Positions 38,338 through 50,202 of a stretch of 64,000 nt of DNA are shown here, piece after piece. Within the stretch, counting starts at the first letter, position 1. Every line of letters begins with the position of its first letter. Position numbers and translations under genes: made by a program. Below the pieces are notes generated by a model, which was not told where the DNA came from, made no database searches, and saw only the letters and a list, made by a program, of their open reading frames with translations. Source of the DNA: Octopus sinensis (taxonomy: Eukaryota); contig NC_043014.1 of assembly GCF_006345805.1 (NCBI RefSeq), positions 45,322,001-45,386,000 on the forward strand. The letters are read 5' to 3'.

Positions 38338-40766
38338 ATGTGCTATAAATACCGCAGGAAAGACATGTTATTATCGTGATGGAATGGATGCTGGAAAGAG
38401 GAAAAAGACTGAGCGGAAAAAGTAAGGAAGATGTGGTGCAGTATGTTCCAGGATGGCATGATAGAGATGGGAGTTGGTCCGAGTGGAGAGTAGAGGAAAG
38501 CAAGCAATCAGGATGTTTAGAGAAGGTTTGTTGCCTGTTGTGCTGACAGCACTGGAGGATCTAAGAGCTAAGAAGAACACGCATGACAAAGTAGCTAAAT
38601 ACAAGTGCAGATGTGGTCATACAGAGAAGTATGCTTCACACTAACATGGTTCCTGATTTGAATCCTACAGCGCAACTGCCTTTAACAAAGTCTACTCTGT
38701 TGTAAACATTTAGATCAGGTCTTGAGTTTGAATACAACATATTCCCACCAATTTCAGAGACCCTGTAAAAGGTTATGGGTGTTATCTTTTCCTCCTGCTA
38801 TTAAATTATTAATGAAAAAAAAAGTTTTGTGAGTAGATGGAAACTGTGTGGAAGCCCATCAGATGAACTGAACCTATTATTGAGTGACAAACTTAACCTC
38901 ACCTAATTTGACATAACCACTAATCCCTTGGGGGTGCCTTTAGGAGATACACATTGTTGCAAGTATTTGAACCAGGTCCAAATCTTCATATCTTAGTGTA
39001 CTGCAGAGTAATTTGTTCCTCCGAAACAAACTTAGACACTGCACTGAAGGCATGCTGAATAAGAGAAACCTTGCTTAAAAACAGGTAAGGGTTAGCAACA
39101 AGAAGGGCATCTGGCTGTAAAACAATGCCTCAACAATATATTCATCTAACTCATGCTAGCATTAAAAAAAAGAAGTAAAAACGAACTTCAATTTTGCACT
39201 GAAAACTTTCTATATATCTAAACACCTCTAAAATAATATAAGTCTATCAAGGGAATCATCTATGTGGTTGCATATCATGCTAGAAATAACAGCTAAGTCT
39301 CCTTCAAATCACATCCTATCGTCTTAAAACCGGGCACATTAGAGAGTGTAGTTCGAGAGAGGTGTAGCACGAATGGAATGAACAGCACATTCCACCACTC
39401 CCACCTGGTTCAGGTGTGCAAAATTTCTCCTGACCCACAGTGTTGTGAACTCTTGTTCTTGATATACAAAAAAATAATTATGGCAAGATCCTTTTGGTCA
39501 TAGGCCTACCCGACCAGAGTAGACCTGGAGCTATACAAAAACATAAGTTCATATATATTTCATAGAATCAACTTCGGGGCTAGTTGGGAGAAGTTAAGTA
39601 CCAGTCGAGTATACAGGCATCCAATTTCGCTTTAAATTCAAAACTTTATAAAACTATAACTATGATTGTATATTTAATCCTTAAATTAATATCTAAAATT
39701 TAATACATCTTTACGGTCTGAATTCAGATCTCGCTAAGCCAACTTCCATTCTTTCAAAAACGATATATAAAATTTTCAGTGGTGTTGATTAAATTTAGAA
39801 AACATTATAAATCTTTTTTTCATTTCCTTTCTTTTCTTCTTTTCATTTAAATAATTAGCTATTATCTGTTAACGTCTCTTAAAGTTAATATTTCTCATTA
39901 ATTAAAAAGATATGCAAATGCAAGGGAAATAACTTCCTATCAAAGTCTGGAAATCGGTTTCAAATATAATGAATTAACGAAGAACTATAAATATATATAT
40001 TGTAACTATTTATAAAGTTTGAGGTTTACTGTAACTATTTTTGTTGTCAGAGTCCCGAGTTAGCCTTGACACGCGCACACGTATGATCAAAGGGGTAACC
40101 ATCCAGTCGTTTTTGTTCAAATATATATATAAATATAATATATCGAAAAATACACCATCCAGTGTGCCTTTCCTTCTTTCACAGTAGGGTGTGGTTTGGC
40201 TGCTATTTCTAGCAGGTTGAAGAAACTCCGTAGAGGTTTATACTATTTACAGAAATTGCAGGTTTTAGATATACGCAGACATGGAAACAAACTATATATA
40301 TTTTCTCTTCGGGTAGAAACGTAGATGAAATAAGCAATCTTCAAGGGCATGCTTGCAGCTGATTCTATTCTGAGTTCATATTCATTAAGAAATTCCTTTT
40401 CCAAACACCAATTAAGGATTTATTCGATATATAAATGTGAACTTATACGTAAGAACTAAAAAGTGAAACCTTGTCGGTGCCTGATAAATATCCACTACTT
40501 TTCACTCGTGGAATGTAATAGATTTATTTTTCGAAAACAGGAAGAGATTAAATATCTAATTAATTTAAGTTTAACGAAATTAATGCAAATATGCTACACT
40601 GATATATTTCGTTATTTACATCGGATAAGTTGTGTAGGAATGATGACATCATACTCCTGTCATTCTCAGTACAAGTCAACACGAGCTTCAAAGTGATGTT
40701 AGAAATAGCAGCCAAATCTCCTGAAATAAAACTTTTTTTGTCATAAAAAAAAACAACAGAAAACTA

Positions 40767-41189
40767 GGATCTTTTCCTTTTGAACGGCAGTTTGTAACAT
40801 AATTTCTAGGTAACTAAAAAGTTTTAAACTTCGTATACTGGTAGAATGTGTTTATAAAATATCATTTTCTCTTGGTAGTATTGAGAAAATTCTAAAGTTT
40901 GTAAGATATTTCGTCTGAAAATCCGAGCATTTCGGCAATTTTAACCAATCGACTACCTCCATTTAACTAAAATTATTTGCTGCGTCTAAAACTGAGACAT
41001 CCTGTAACTAACCCTAAACCTCCTCCTAACCCTAACCCTAAATGTTTTTTTCTTAATTGTTAAATTAATTTATTTTCCATTGCTTTAGTTTTTTTTTACA
41101 CGTGTAACAATTAAGAAAAAAAAATTTAGGGTTAGTTACAAAGTGTTTAGTTAACTAGAAATTGTCTGCCGTTCAAAAGGAAAAGATCC
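40767..41189. mobile_element. Merlin-like non-autonomous DNA transposon, variant subfamily
   Basis: TIR GGATCTTTTCCTTTTGAACGGCAG at both ends; 8-bp TSD GAAAACTA (40759-40766, 41190-41197). Confidence 0.85.
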
Positions 41190-41966
41190 GAAAACTAGAT
41201 AATGTAAGCCCGGCGGAGGTAAAAAAATATGCCCACCACCCGTTTTCGGCGTAACAAAAAGCTTAACCCTAACCCTAAACACCGAGTGTGCGTATTCTTT
41301 ACCTTTGCCATGTAGCCCTAGATTCACATTATCTGGAGAGAGAGAGAAAAAGAAAAAAAAGCGAGATAAACTCATTAGAGCGCCGAACAAAATACGACTA
41401 CGTTTCTTTACGTCCTTAATTCAAATCCTGTCAGTTTTTTTCGCCGAGGTCGATAAGGTACCAGTTAAGAACTGGAGCCGATTTAATATTCCTTTAAAGC
41501 ATCCTATATCCATATAGAAATATAATAGCAGACGCTCCATCAGTTAAATAAAATTTGTAAGTAATTTTTTCTGGTTGGTAGCAGAACCGTCTTAACAGCA
41601 TTATAGGCCCCCGAGTAAAATAATGCACTGGGGCTTCCACATACACAACCGCACCATACACAGATTATCATTGTGCCCGCTAAGCCCATGGGGCCCAGTG
41701 TGGTGTGCCTTACGAAGGCACTGGAAGGGAGACAGAAACATGCTTTATTTTAAGTAAATTGTAATGTGCGGGTGTAAAATTTATACATATTAGAAATAAC
41801 GAAAATTTAAGTCTGGAAAAATCTTTATATAATTATCTACACGTTTATTCTTTCTCAATATATCTCACGTTGTGCTCTGCTTAAATTATGAGGTTTTATT
41901 GGGTTTTAAAGGTGGATAATGCATTCACAAATACGTGTGCAGTTTCACAAACATGTATGTTTATAT

Positions 41967-42167
41967 CAGTGCTTTTCAACCTTTTTGCTGGAGCGGAACC
42001 CCAAGAAAACATTTCACTGGCTCGAGGAACCCCTGTGCAATAATTTAATTGTCTTATGCACACGTATCTGCACAGGAGAATTAAAAATTACTGCCGATTT
42101 CAGCAGTTTTGTAACTTCTTGCGGAACCTCTGGACTATACTGGCGGAACCCTGGTTGAAAACCACTG
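41967..42167 (-). mobile_element. hAT (Charlie-like) MITE
   Basis: Reverse complement of 36194-36390; degenerate TSD GTTTATAT/GTCTATAA. Confidence 0.9.
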
Positions 42168-42415
42168 GTCTATAACAATGTGTTTGGGCAAACAATCCAC
42201 ATAAAAACGACTAAAACCAAGAACCGAGGCGCGGACAGAAGCACATTAGCGATAGAATGGAGGCTGAAAGGCTCATGTCTTTGGAAATGAGAAGACATAA
42301 CTACAAAACTTCATCGCCATGAGCAACATCTTGTACAGTGCATTGATGGTAGACCATAAAAAATATCTTACGAGATAGCGAGAAAAAAAACTGACGTCTT
42401 TAACCGTGAGCTTTC

Positions 42416-42645
42416 AATACCTATTTCTTTATTACCCACAAGGGGCTAAACATAGAGGCGACAAACAAGGACAGACATAGGTATTAAGTCGATTACATCG
42501 ACCCCAGTGCGTAACTGGTACTTAATTTATCGACCCCAAAAGGACGAAAGGCAAAGTCGACCTCGGCGGAATTTGAACTCACAACGTAGCGACAGACAAA
42601 ATACGGCTACGCATTTCGCCCGGCGTGCTAACGTTTCTGCCACCG
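42416..42645 (-). mobile_element. SINE family B (tail type 1)
   Basis: Aligns to 38100-38337. Confidence 0.88.
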
Positions 42646-43092
42646 AACTCAATAGCATTACACAACTAAACGCTAAGCGCAGGGTTTAAAACTTATCAAA
42701 CAAATGCCCAAGACAGTACTTAACTAAAACACATGAGGGGCCCTTAGACTACAACGCATTACAATCTCAATTCCAAATGCCTTATGGGGGGGGGTAACTG
42801 AGTAGTGGATAGAAGACGCATTCGAAAGGATAAGAAGGCGTCCTAGAAGCGAATGGACAAAGCGTTCTAGATGCAAATGGAATCACCGTATTTAAAGCAT
42901 TAAGGACGCATTCCAATTTCAACAGCACATATTCAAGGCAAAAAGATGTTTAGAACATGCATTAAAGCAAGGGTTCTCGTAGCCATTCTATGTATATAAA
43001 AAAATCTTACTCTATTTTTGATAATTCAATATCATCAGGAATTATTTTTAAAAAATTAATATTTTGAGTATTGTAGAGGTAACCAATTTATT

Positions 43093-43473
43093 GCTCTTTT
43101 ACTTGTTTCAGTCATTTGACTGTGGCCATGCTGGAGCACCGCCTTTAATCGAGCAACTCGACCCCGGGACTTATTCTTTTGTAAGCCCAGTACTTATTCT
43201 ATCGGTCCCTTTTGCCGAACCGCTAAGTAACGGGGACATAAACACACCAGCATCGGTTGTCAAGCAATGCTAGGGGGACAAACACATACACACAAACACA
43301 CACACATATATATACATATATACGACGGGCTTCTAACAGTTTTCCGTCTACCAAATCCACTCACAAGGCTTTAATCGACCCGAGGCTATAGTAGAAGACA
43401 CTTGCCCAAGGTGCCACGCAGTGGGACTGAACCCGGAACCATGTGGTTGGTAAACAAGCTACTTACCACACAG
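43093..43473 (-). mobile_element. SINE family A, near full length
   Basis: Reverse complement of family consensus. Confidence 0.9.
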
Positions 43474-44540
43474 AATAAATTTTAACAACAAAATCTTATA
43501 TGCACCCTGGCTGAGAGCCACTTGCATTAAAGCATGAATATCTTCTCATTTAGGACCCGAGGTGGTGTTTTTTTTTAAGACAATTTTTGGGGGCGGTATG
43601 GGAGCTCTTGTATGCCATCAAATACGATACGGTATATTAGAAGACATTACAACTTAGATGCGATCTGAATTATATTAGAAGACAATCTGTTCTAAATCAG
43701 TGTTGACAACATGCCTTAAAACGGTTCGATCCTTCCCAGAAACGACTGCAGTCGTAGCTAAATTAAGTAAATAAGTATAGAATTTACCATTAATTACTTG
43801 AAACACCAGAATGAAAATATATCAGCCTTGGATCTCCAGTGTGCTCATTGAAGGAAAGAAGAGGTGAATGAAATGGTCGAATGCATAATACATTAAATAC
43901 TATCGCATTTCATAGTGTTGGAAACAAGAAACCCTATTTTGCATACTTGACTTCTCTTTGGCACCCGATTTTCCGGGAAGAAATTCAATAAGGCTGATCA
44001 AGCAAGTTGTTGATACCTCTGATCCACAAGAAGTCAAACAATTCGGCTCTTTTGCCCCTGAAGTTTACAAGCCGAGTGAATGAATCCATACATTTCACTG
44101 TGGCCGATTTTAACATATGTTGCAAAAATTTCGTTGTGTACAAATTAACGAAGAACAACGACGAGGGAAAATAATTGACCAGCAAACTGATGATAGAAAT
44201 TCAACTTTTCAGAATCTATGCTTTAAAGTATTGACTTAAAATTTAAGCACAGGGGCATGCATTTTTTGCGGAGAAGGAAATGACCGATCCCGGCGCTTGA
44301 TTGGTACTTATTTTATCGACCTCGAATGTAAATCGCAGGATGTGCAATATCCATTCCAAGATAAATAAATTAGTATATTTGGTCAGTTTAAATAACTTGA
44401 TAAGTTATATAATGCCAAGGACCTATACTCCTTTAAGTGATGTTTGCATCCTAGTTCTCCGGTTTTTACCAGTATTCAGTGAAAAACTAAATACGTTAGT
44501 TTTGCATTGATGGATATTGGTATTTAAAATATTTATGAAT

Positions 44541-44920
44541 GAGAAAAAAAGAAGAAAATTAAGAAATTGACAAATAGACATCAGTTTATTCAAAGTCATT
44601 CAAATCAATAAAATATGGGAGTCTTATCCCTACAGCCGTTTCCATAGCCAATTAATTCAATTAGAGAAATTAAAATGTTCATATTGAAACTGGTTGAGTG
44701 TTTCATCAGGGGAGAATTTTCCAGAAAGGAGCTACATTCTAACATTCAGACTCAGATGTATGCGTTGGAATGTAACACGCTGGAATGTAACTCCTTTCTC
44801 GAATGTAACTTCTTTCTATAGAAACTGCTGTAGGGATAAGAATTTCATATTATATTGATTTGAATATCTTTGAATAAACTGATGTCTATATTTCAATTTC
44901 TCCATTTTCTTAATTTTCTC
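44541..44920. repeat. Degenerate fold-back element, ~105-bp arms and ~170-bp spacer (old MITE?)
   Basis: 44541-44647 aligns to the reverse complement of 44816-44920; spacer has three GAATGTAAC repeats. Confidence 0.75.
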
Positions 44921-44945
44921 AGTAATATATAAATTACTGGTGAAA

Positions 44946-45028
44946 GCCGGTTTCTAGGGTAAGTCTGGGTTTCTCGCTATAAACGTACCCGTTATGGCGA
45001 GAAACCCAGGGTAACTCTAGAAACCGGC
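44946..45028. repeat. 83-nt GC-rich hairpin
   Basis: GCCGGTTTCTAG...CTGGGTTTCTCGC pairs with GCGAGAAACCCAG...CTAGAAACCGGC. Confidence 0.9.
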
Positions 45029-45084
45029 GTGCTTCTCCGAATTTGTTTTTCTAAAATAAAAAAAAAAAACGATTATATATATAT

Positions 45085-45253
45085 GGAGTGGCTGTGTGGT
45101 AAGTAGCTTGCTTACCAACCACATGGTTCCGGGTTCAGTCCCACTGCGTGGCATCTTGGGCAAGTGTCTTGTGCTATAGCCTCGGACCGACCAATGCCTT
45201 GTGAGTGGATTTGGTAAACGGAAACTGAAAGAAGCCTGTCGTATATATGTATG

Positions 45254-45284
<31 letters not shown>

Positions 45285-45475
45285 CTGTGTTTGTCCCCCT
45301 AGCATTGCTTGACAACCGATGCTGGTGTGTTTACGTCCCCGTCACTTAGCGGTTCGGCAAAAGAGACCGATAGAATAAGTACTGGGCTTACAAAGAATAA
45401 GTCCCGGGGTCGATTTGCTCGACTAAAGGCGGTGCTCCAGCATGGCCGCAGTCAAATGACTGAAATAAGTAAAAG

Positions 45476-45477
<2 letters not shown>
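45085..45477 (+). mobile_element. SINE family A, near full length
   Basis: Family consensus, followed by (TA)n. Confidence 0.92.
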
Positions 45478-45542
<65 letters not shown>

Positions 45543-45569
45543 ATATATATAAAATCAACTGTATAGATA

Positions 45570-45720
45570 TCTTGAAAGAAACGTTAAAGAAAAGAGCAAG
45601 GAAGACTTTATTTGAATGGAAACCTATTAACGACCGCATTTTCCGCCGTGAGATTCCAATTCTGTTATGTAATAACAGAACAAATTTAGCCATGAAGTTA
45701 GGTGAAGAAGAATGAATCTA
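45570..45720 (+). mobile_element. LINE (RTE-like) endonuclease fragment
   Basis: KRARKTLFEWKPINDRI resembles the APE-domain LLEW.PVSDRI motif. Confidence 0.45.
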
Positions 45721-46149
45721 ACAACAACCAATTCCAGAAGAACATTATTCAAATTTTCCCCCCGCAACGTAAAACGACATCAACGCTCGATTAATAATCA
45801 CATTTGGGAAATTGCAAATTTCAATTTTTAAGTCCGGAGAATAACCGATTAAACTAACGCTAATGATGTATATTGTTAAATGAATATTTAATTCTTAAAC
45901 CACTGATTACTACTGTAGGCGTAGACGAAGCTATTATATGATTATTTTAAAAGAAAACACTAATGCAAATTCTATAACTTTCTCTAAGCTCAGAGGGAGA
46001 TACAGTTTTAAAAAGCTATCGGAACACTCTTTAGCAATACCTGCTCCTATTTTCTACAACTATAGGCTTTATCTATTCATTTATTTACAGCTAAGTAAAC
46101 AGGGCTAATTTTAAAGTAAATTTATTGACAGCAAGTTTGAATATTTACG

Positions 46150-46350
46150 ATATAATCTATAATAAAATAATCAAATCTATGTGTAATTGCAAAATGCTTA
46201 GCGGCATTTCGTCCGTCTTTACGTTCTGAGTTGAAATTCCGCCGAGGTTGACTTTGCCTTTCATTCTTTTGAGGCTGATAAGATAAGTACCAGTTCGAGC
46301 ATTGGAGCTGATGTAATCGAATCATTCCTGCTCCGAAATTGCTGGCCTTG
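46150..46350 (+). mobile_element. SINE family B (tail type 2); 3' part duplicated at 46894
   Basis: GAGTTGAAATTCC B-box, core and GCTGGCCTTGTGCCAA tail. Confidence 0.75.
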
Positions 46351-46484
46351 TGCCAATCATATGTGTAGATGCTTAAAGGCGGACGTTCGGAAAAGCAGTC
46401 ACGAATAAAATGGAATTGCTTTTTTTGTTTCAGAACTTTTTGACAGTTTATAGCATCCCACATTGCAAAAACATATATAAATTG

Positions 46485-46893
46485 GGATCTTTTCGGTTTG
46501 AACGGCATTTAAAAAAAATAATTTCCACGTAACTAAACACTTTTAAACTTCGTATACTGGTAGAATGTGTTTATAAAACATCTTTTTTCTCTTGGCTTTA
46601 TTGACAAAATTCTATGGTTTGTAAGATATTTGATGTTTTTTTCTTCAATTTCTGCAATTTCAACCAATCACTGACGTCTATTGAGGTAAAAAAAAACATT
46701 CAGTGCCGTACGAATATGTCCCTCGTTTAAGAAACAGATTGGGTTTATTTACATTTGTGAAGAAAAAAAGATACCCTTCCCCCCACCCCTAAAATAGATT
46801 GAAATGCAATAGATCGATTGTAGGATCATAATTATGGGTGACAATTTCATATGACACCGCTAGAAAAAACTGCCGTTCAAACCGAAAAGATTC
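46485..46893 (-). mobile_element. Merlin-like non-autonomous DNA transposon
   Basis: GGATCTTTTCGGTTTGAACGGCA...TGCCGTTCAAACCGAAAAGATTC; no 8-bp TSD, but flanked by a 234-bp direct duplication. Confidence 0.88.
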
Positions 46894-47113
46894 ACTTTGC
46901 CTTTCATCCTCTTGAGGTTGATAAAATAAGTACCAGTCGAGCATTGGAGTTGATGTAATCGACTCATCCCTGCTCCGAAATTGATGGCCTTGTGCCAATA
47001 TATGTGTAAATGTTTAAGGCGGACGTTCGGAAAAGCTGTCACGAATAAAATGGAATTTCTTTTTTTGTTTCAGAACTTTTCGACAGTTTATAGTATCCCA
47101 CATTGCAAAACAT

Positions 47114-47810
47114 GGATCTTTTCGGCCACACTTTTGGTGGAGGCACGGTCGACAAAATAATACCAGTAATATTCGAAGGTATATTACATAGGTTAAACCA
47201 TTACCACGGCGAAATTTAACATTATACTGAGTCAACAACAAAAAAACAACGGCAAAATATTGAACGTGTATCAATATATTTTTTCTGAAAGTTTTTATGG
47301 TTAAGCTTGCGTAGATGTGTCGGAACCTCTGTATTTAAGTAGTACTGAAATTTTTTACTGGCGTTAAAGTTGTGGCTTTGCAAGCTTGTCCATTCATGGA
47401 CCTTTTCAGTTTGAACGGCAGTTTTTTCTAGAGGTGTCATATGAAATTGTCACCCATAATTATGACCCTAGAATCGATCTATTGCATTTCAATCTGTTTT
47501 AGGGTTAGGGGTAGGGGAAAGGGTATCTTTTTTTCTTCACAAATGTAAATAAACCCAATCTGTTTCTTAAACGAGGGACATATTCATACAGCACAGAATG
47601 TTTTCACCTCAATTAGACGTCATTGATTGGTTGAAATTGCAGAAATTGAAGAAAAAAAAACAACAAATATCTTACAAAGTATAGAATTTTCTCAATAAAG
47701 CCAAGAGAAAAAGATGTTTTATAAACACATTCTACCAGTATACGAAGTTTAAAAGTGTTTAGTTACGCGGAAATTATTTTTAAAAACCGCCGTTCAAACC
47801 GAAAAGATCC
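47114..47810 (+). mobile_element. Composite Merlin-like element: 12-bp TIR stub + ~270 bp captured DNA + full unit (47398-47810)
   Basis: 8-bp TSD CAAAACAT at 47106-47113 and 47811-47818; captured part aligns to 56144-56406. Confidence 0.88.
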
Positions 47811-48430
47811 CAAAACATTTATAAATCGCGTTTTATTTTTTTAATACTTTCAAATCTGTCTTCTTCAAATGTTTCACCATTTCTTGTTCGCCCACCATGT
47901 TTGAATATGAATGTGTGAACATAAATGAGATTCGCCGGTCAATTTTTTTCTTTGCAATTTCTCTTGGTAATTTGTTGAATTGTCTAGGAAGTGGATTTTG
48001 GAAACACGCGTTGGGATCGGCAACAATAAAATATAGGCATGCAACCACATACTTATGTAATAAACTTACACACACACAACCACATTCTACTTTATTTTTT
48101 AAGCTCACTCCCCACTCAAAACTTTTGACTTTTATTCCCATTATGAACAAGTTTTCGAAGGAAGGGCATGGCTACTGACTGCTTTTTTTTTTTCGTCACT
48201 GAACGAAGTGGGTTCTGTTTAAAATATTAACTATATTCCATTCCCAGATAAGACATGTTTAATGGAAGATTTATAGGGAATGAGGGAAATGTTACCAGCA
48301 TGTTTCAGAAGTGATATCAAACAAGTTCGAAAACAGAAAACAAAAATATTTAAATCAGGTTATCACTAGTACATCAGACTTGTATAGTTTTGCTACTTTT
48401 TTGTTTTTTAGTAGGTTTGTCAATCTAGAT

Positions 48431-48615
48431 CAGTGGTTTTCAACCAGGGTTCCGCCAGTACAGTCCAGGGGTTCCGCAAGTAGTTAAAAAAACTGCTAAA
48501 ATCGGCAATAATTTTTAATTCTCCTATGCAGATATGTGTGCATAAGACTATTAAATTATTGCCAGTAGAATGCTTCCTTGGGGTTCCGCTCCAGCAAAAA
48601 GTTTGAAAAACACTG
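48431..48615 (+). mobile_element. hAT (Charlie-like) MITE
   Basis: CAGTG...CACTG termini; perfect TSD ATCTAGAT. Confidence 0.92.
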
Positions 48616-48713
48616 ATCTAGATGTTTAGTAGAACTCTATTGAAGAACAACAAACACATCGTGGATATGGGAAAAAGTTAAAATACTTTTAGTCAATCAT
48701 AACGAAAAGAACG

Positions 48714-49010
48714 TGTGGAGGCACGTGGTTAGAGCAGCGGACTCGCGGTCGAGGGATCGCGGGTCCGAATCTCAGACCGGACGATGTGTGTGTCGATGAG
48801 CGAAACAACCTAAGCTCCACGCGGCTCCGGCAGAAGGTAATGGCGAAACTTCTGCTGACTCTTTCGCCACAACTTTCTCTCATTCTTTCCTCCTGCATCT
48901 TGCAGCTCACCTGCGACGGACCGGCGTCCCGTCCAGGTGGGAGACCTATACGCCAAGGAAACCGGGAAACCGGCCCTTATGAGCCAGGCATGGCTCGGGA
49001 AGGAACAGAC
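48714..49010 (+). mobile_element. SINE family D (tRNA-derived head, CpG-rich), only copy in window
   Basis: GTGGTTAGAGC A-box-like and GGGTCCGAATC B-box-like motifs; 13-bp TSD AACGAAAAGAACG at 48701-48713 and 49011-49023. Confidence 0.85.
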
Positions 49011-49433
49011 AACGAAAAGAACGAAGCTTCGTTTTCTTTAAATGCAGATTTAGGTGTGGAGCGAATAAGCTTTAAAAATGAAGCCAAAACTGAAACACAT
49101 GCGAAAACTTAGACTACATCTGGAAAAGGCAATCCTACCGTTGCCAATAAAGAAAAAGCTAAAACAAAAAACAATTTTTAAGCGATTTACAAGTATTTTC
49201 CAATGTGGGATACAATAAAATATCGAAGAATTCCCTTCCCCCAGACACATTCCATTCCATTCGTGACAATTATTCCGAAAGTCGGTCAAAGCTCTACTTT
49301 ATACACAATTCTGTAGAGAATTTCATGAAGGTCGAACTAATAAATAGTTGTTTTGGTGACCAGGAGTTACACTATATATTAAGCGAATTCATGAAAATCG
49401 AGGCATGCATTCACATGCTTATGTAATAAACTT

Positions 49434-50202
49434 ACACACACACAGACACAGACACAAAGACAACCACACACACACAGACAACCATCCACACACACACATA
49501 CAAATACAACCACACAACACACAGACAACCATCCACACACACACATACAAAGACAACCACACACACACAGACAACAATCCACACATACACAAAGACAACC
49601 ACACACACAAAGACAACCACACACACACACACATACACACACACACAAAGACAACCACACGCACACACATACACACACACAAAGACAACCACACGCACAG
49701 ACATACACACAAACAAAGACAACCACACACACACACGCACACAAAGACAACCACACACACACAAAGACAACCACACGCACAGACATACACACAAACAAAG
49801 ACAACCACACACACACACATGCACACAAAGACAACCACACACACACACACAACGACAACCACACGCACGCACACAAAGACAACCACATACACACACACAC
49901 GCACACACATACACACACAAAGACAACCACACACACACACGCACACACAAAGACAACCACACACACGCACACACATACATACACAAACACACACACACAC
50001 ACACAAAGACAACAACACACACGCACACACACACAAAGACAACCACACACACACACGCACACACATAAAGACAACCACACACACACGCACACACATACAT
50101 ACACAAACACACACACACACACAAAGACAACCACACACAGATAACCACACACACACACAAAGATAACCACACACACACAACATACACACACACAAAGACA
50201 AC
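49434..50202. repeat. ~770-bp minisatellite: AAAGACAACC units spaced by (AC)n
   Basis: Directly visible; generates the spurious CV-rich/HT-rich ORFs. Confidence 0.97.

Noticed and set aside
41026-41280. CTAACCCTAACCCTAA motifs (also ~46780, 47500, 56510, 58115)
   Set aside because: Only 1-2 units and mostly internal to the Merlin-like elements; not evidence of a telomere or fusion site.
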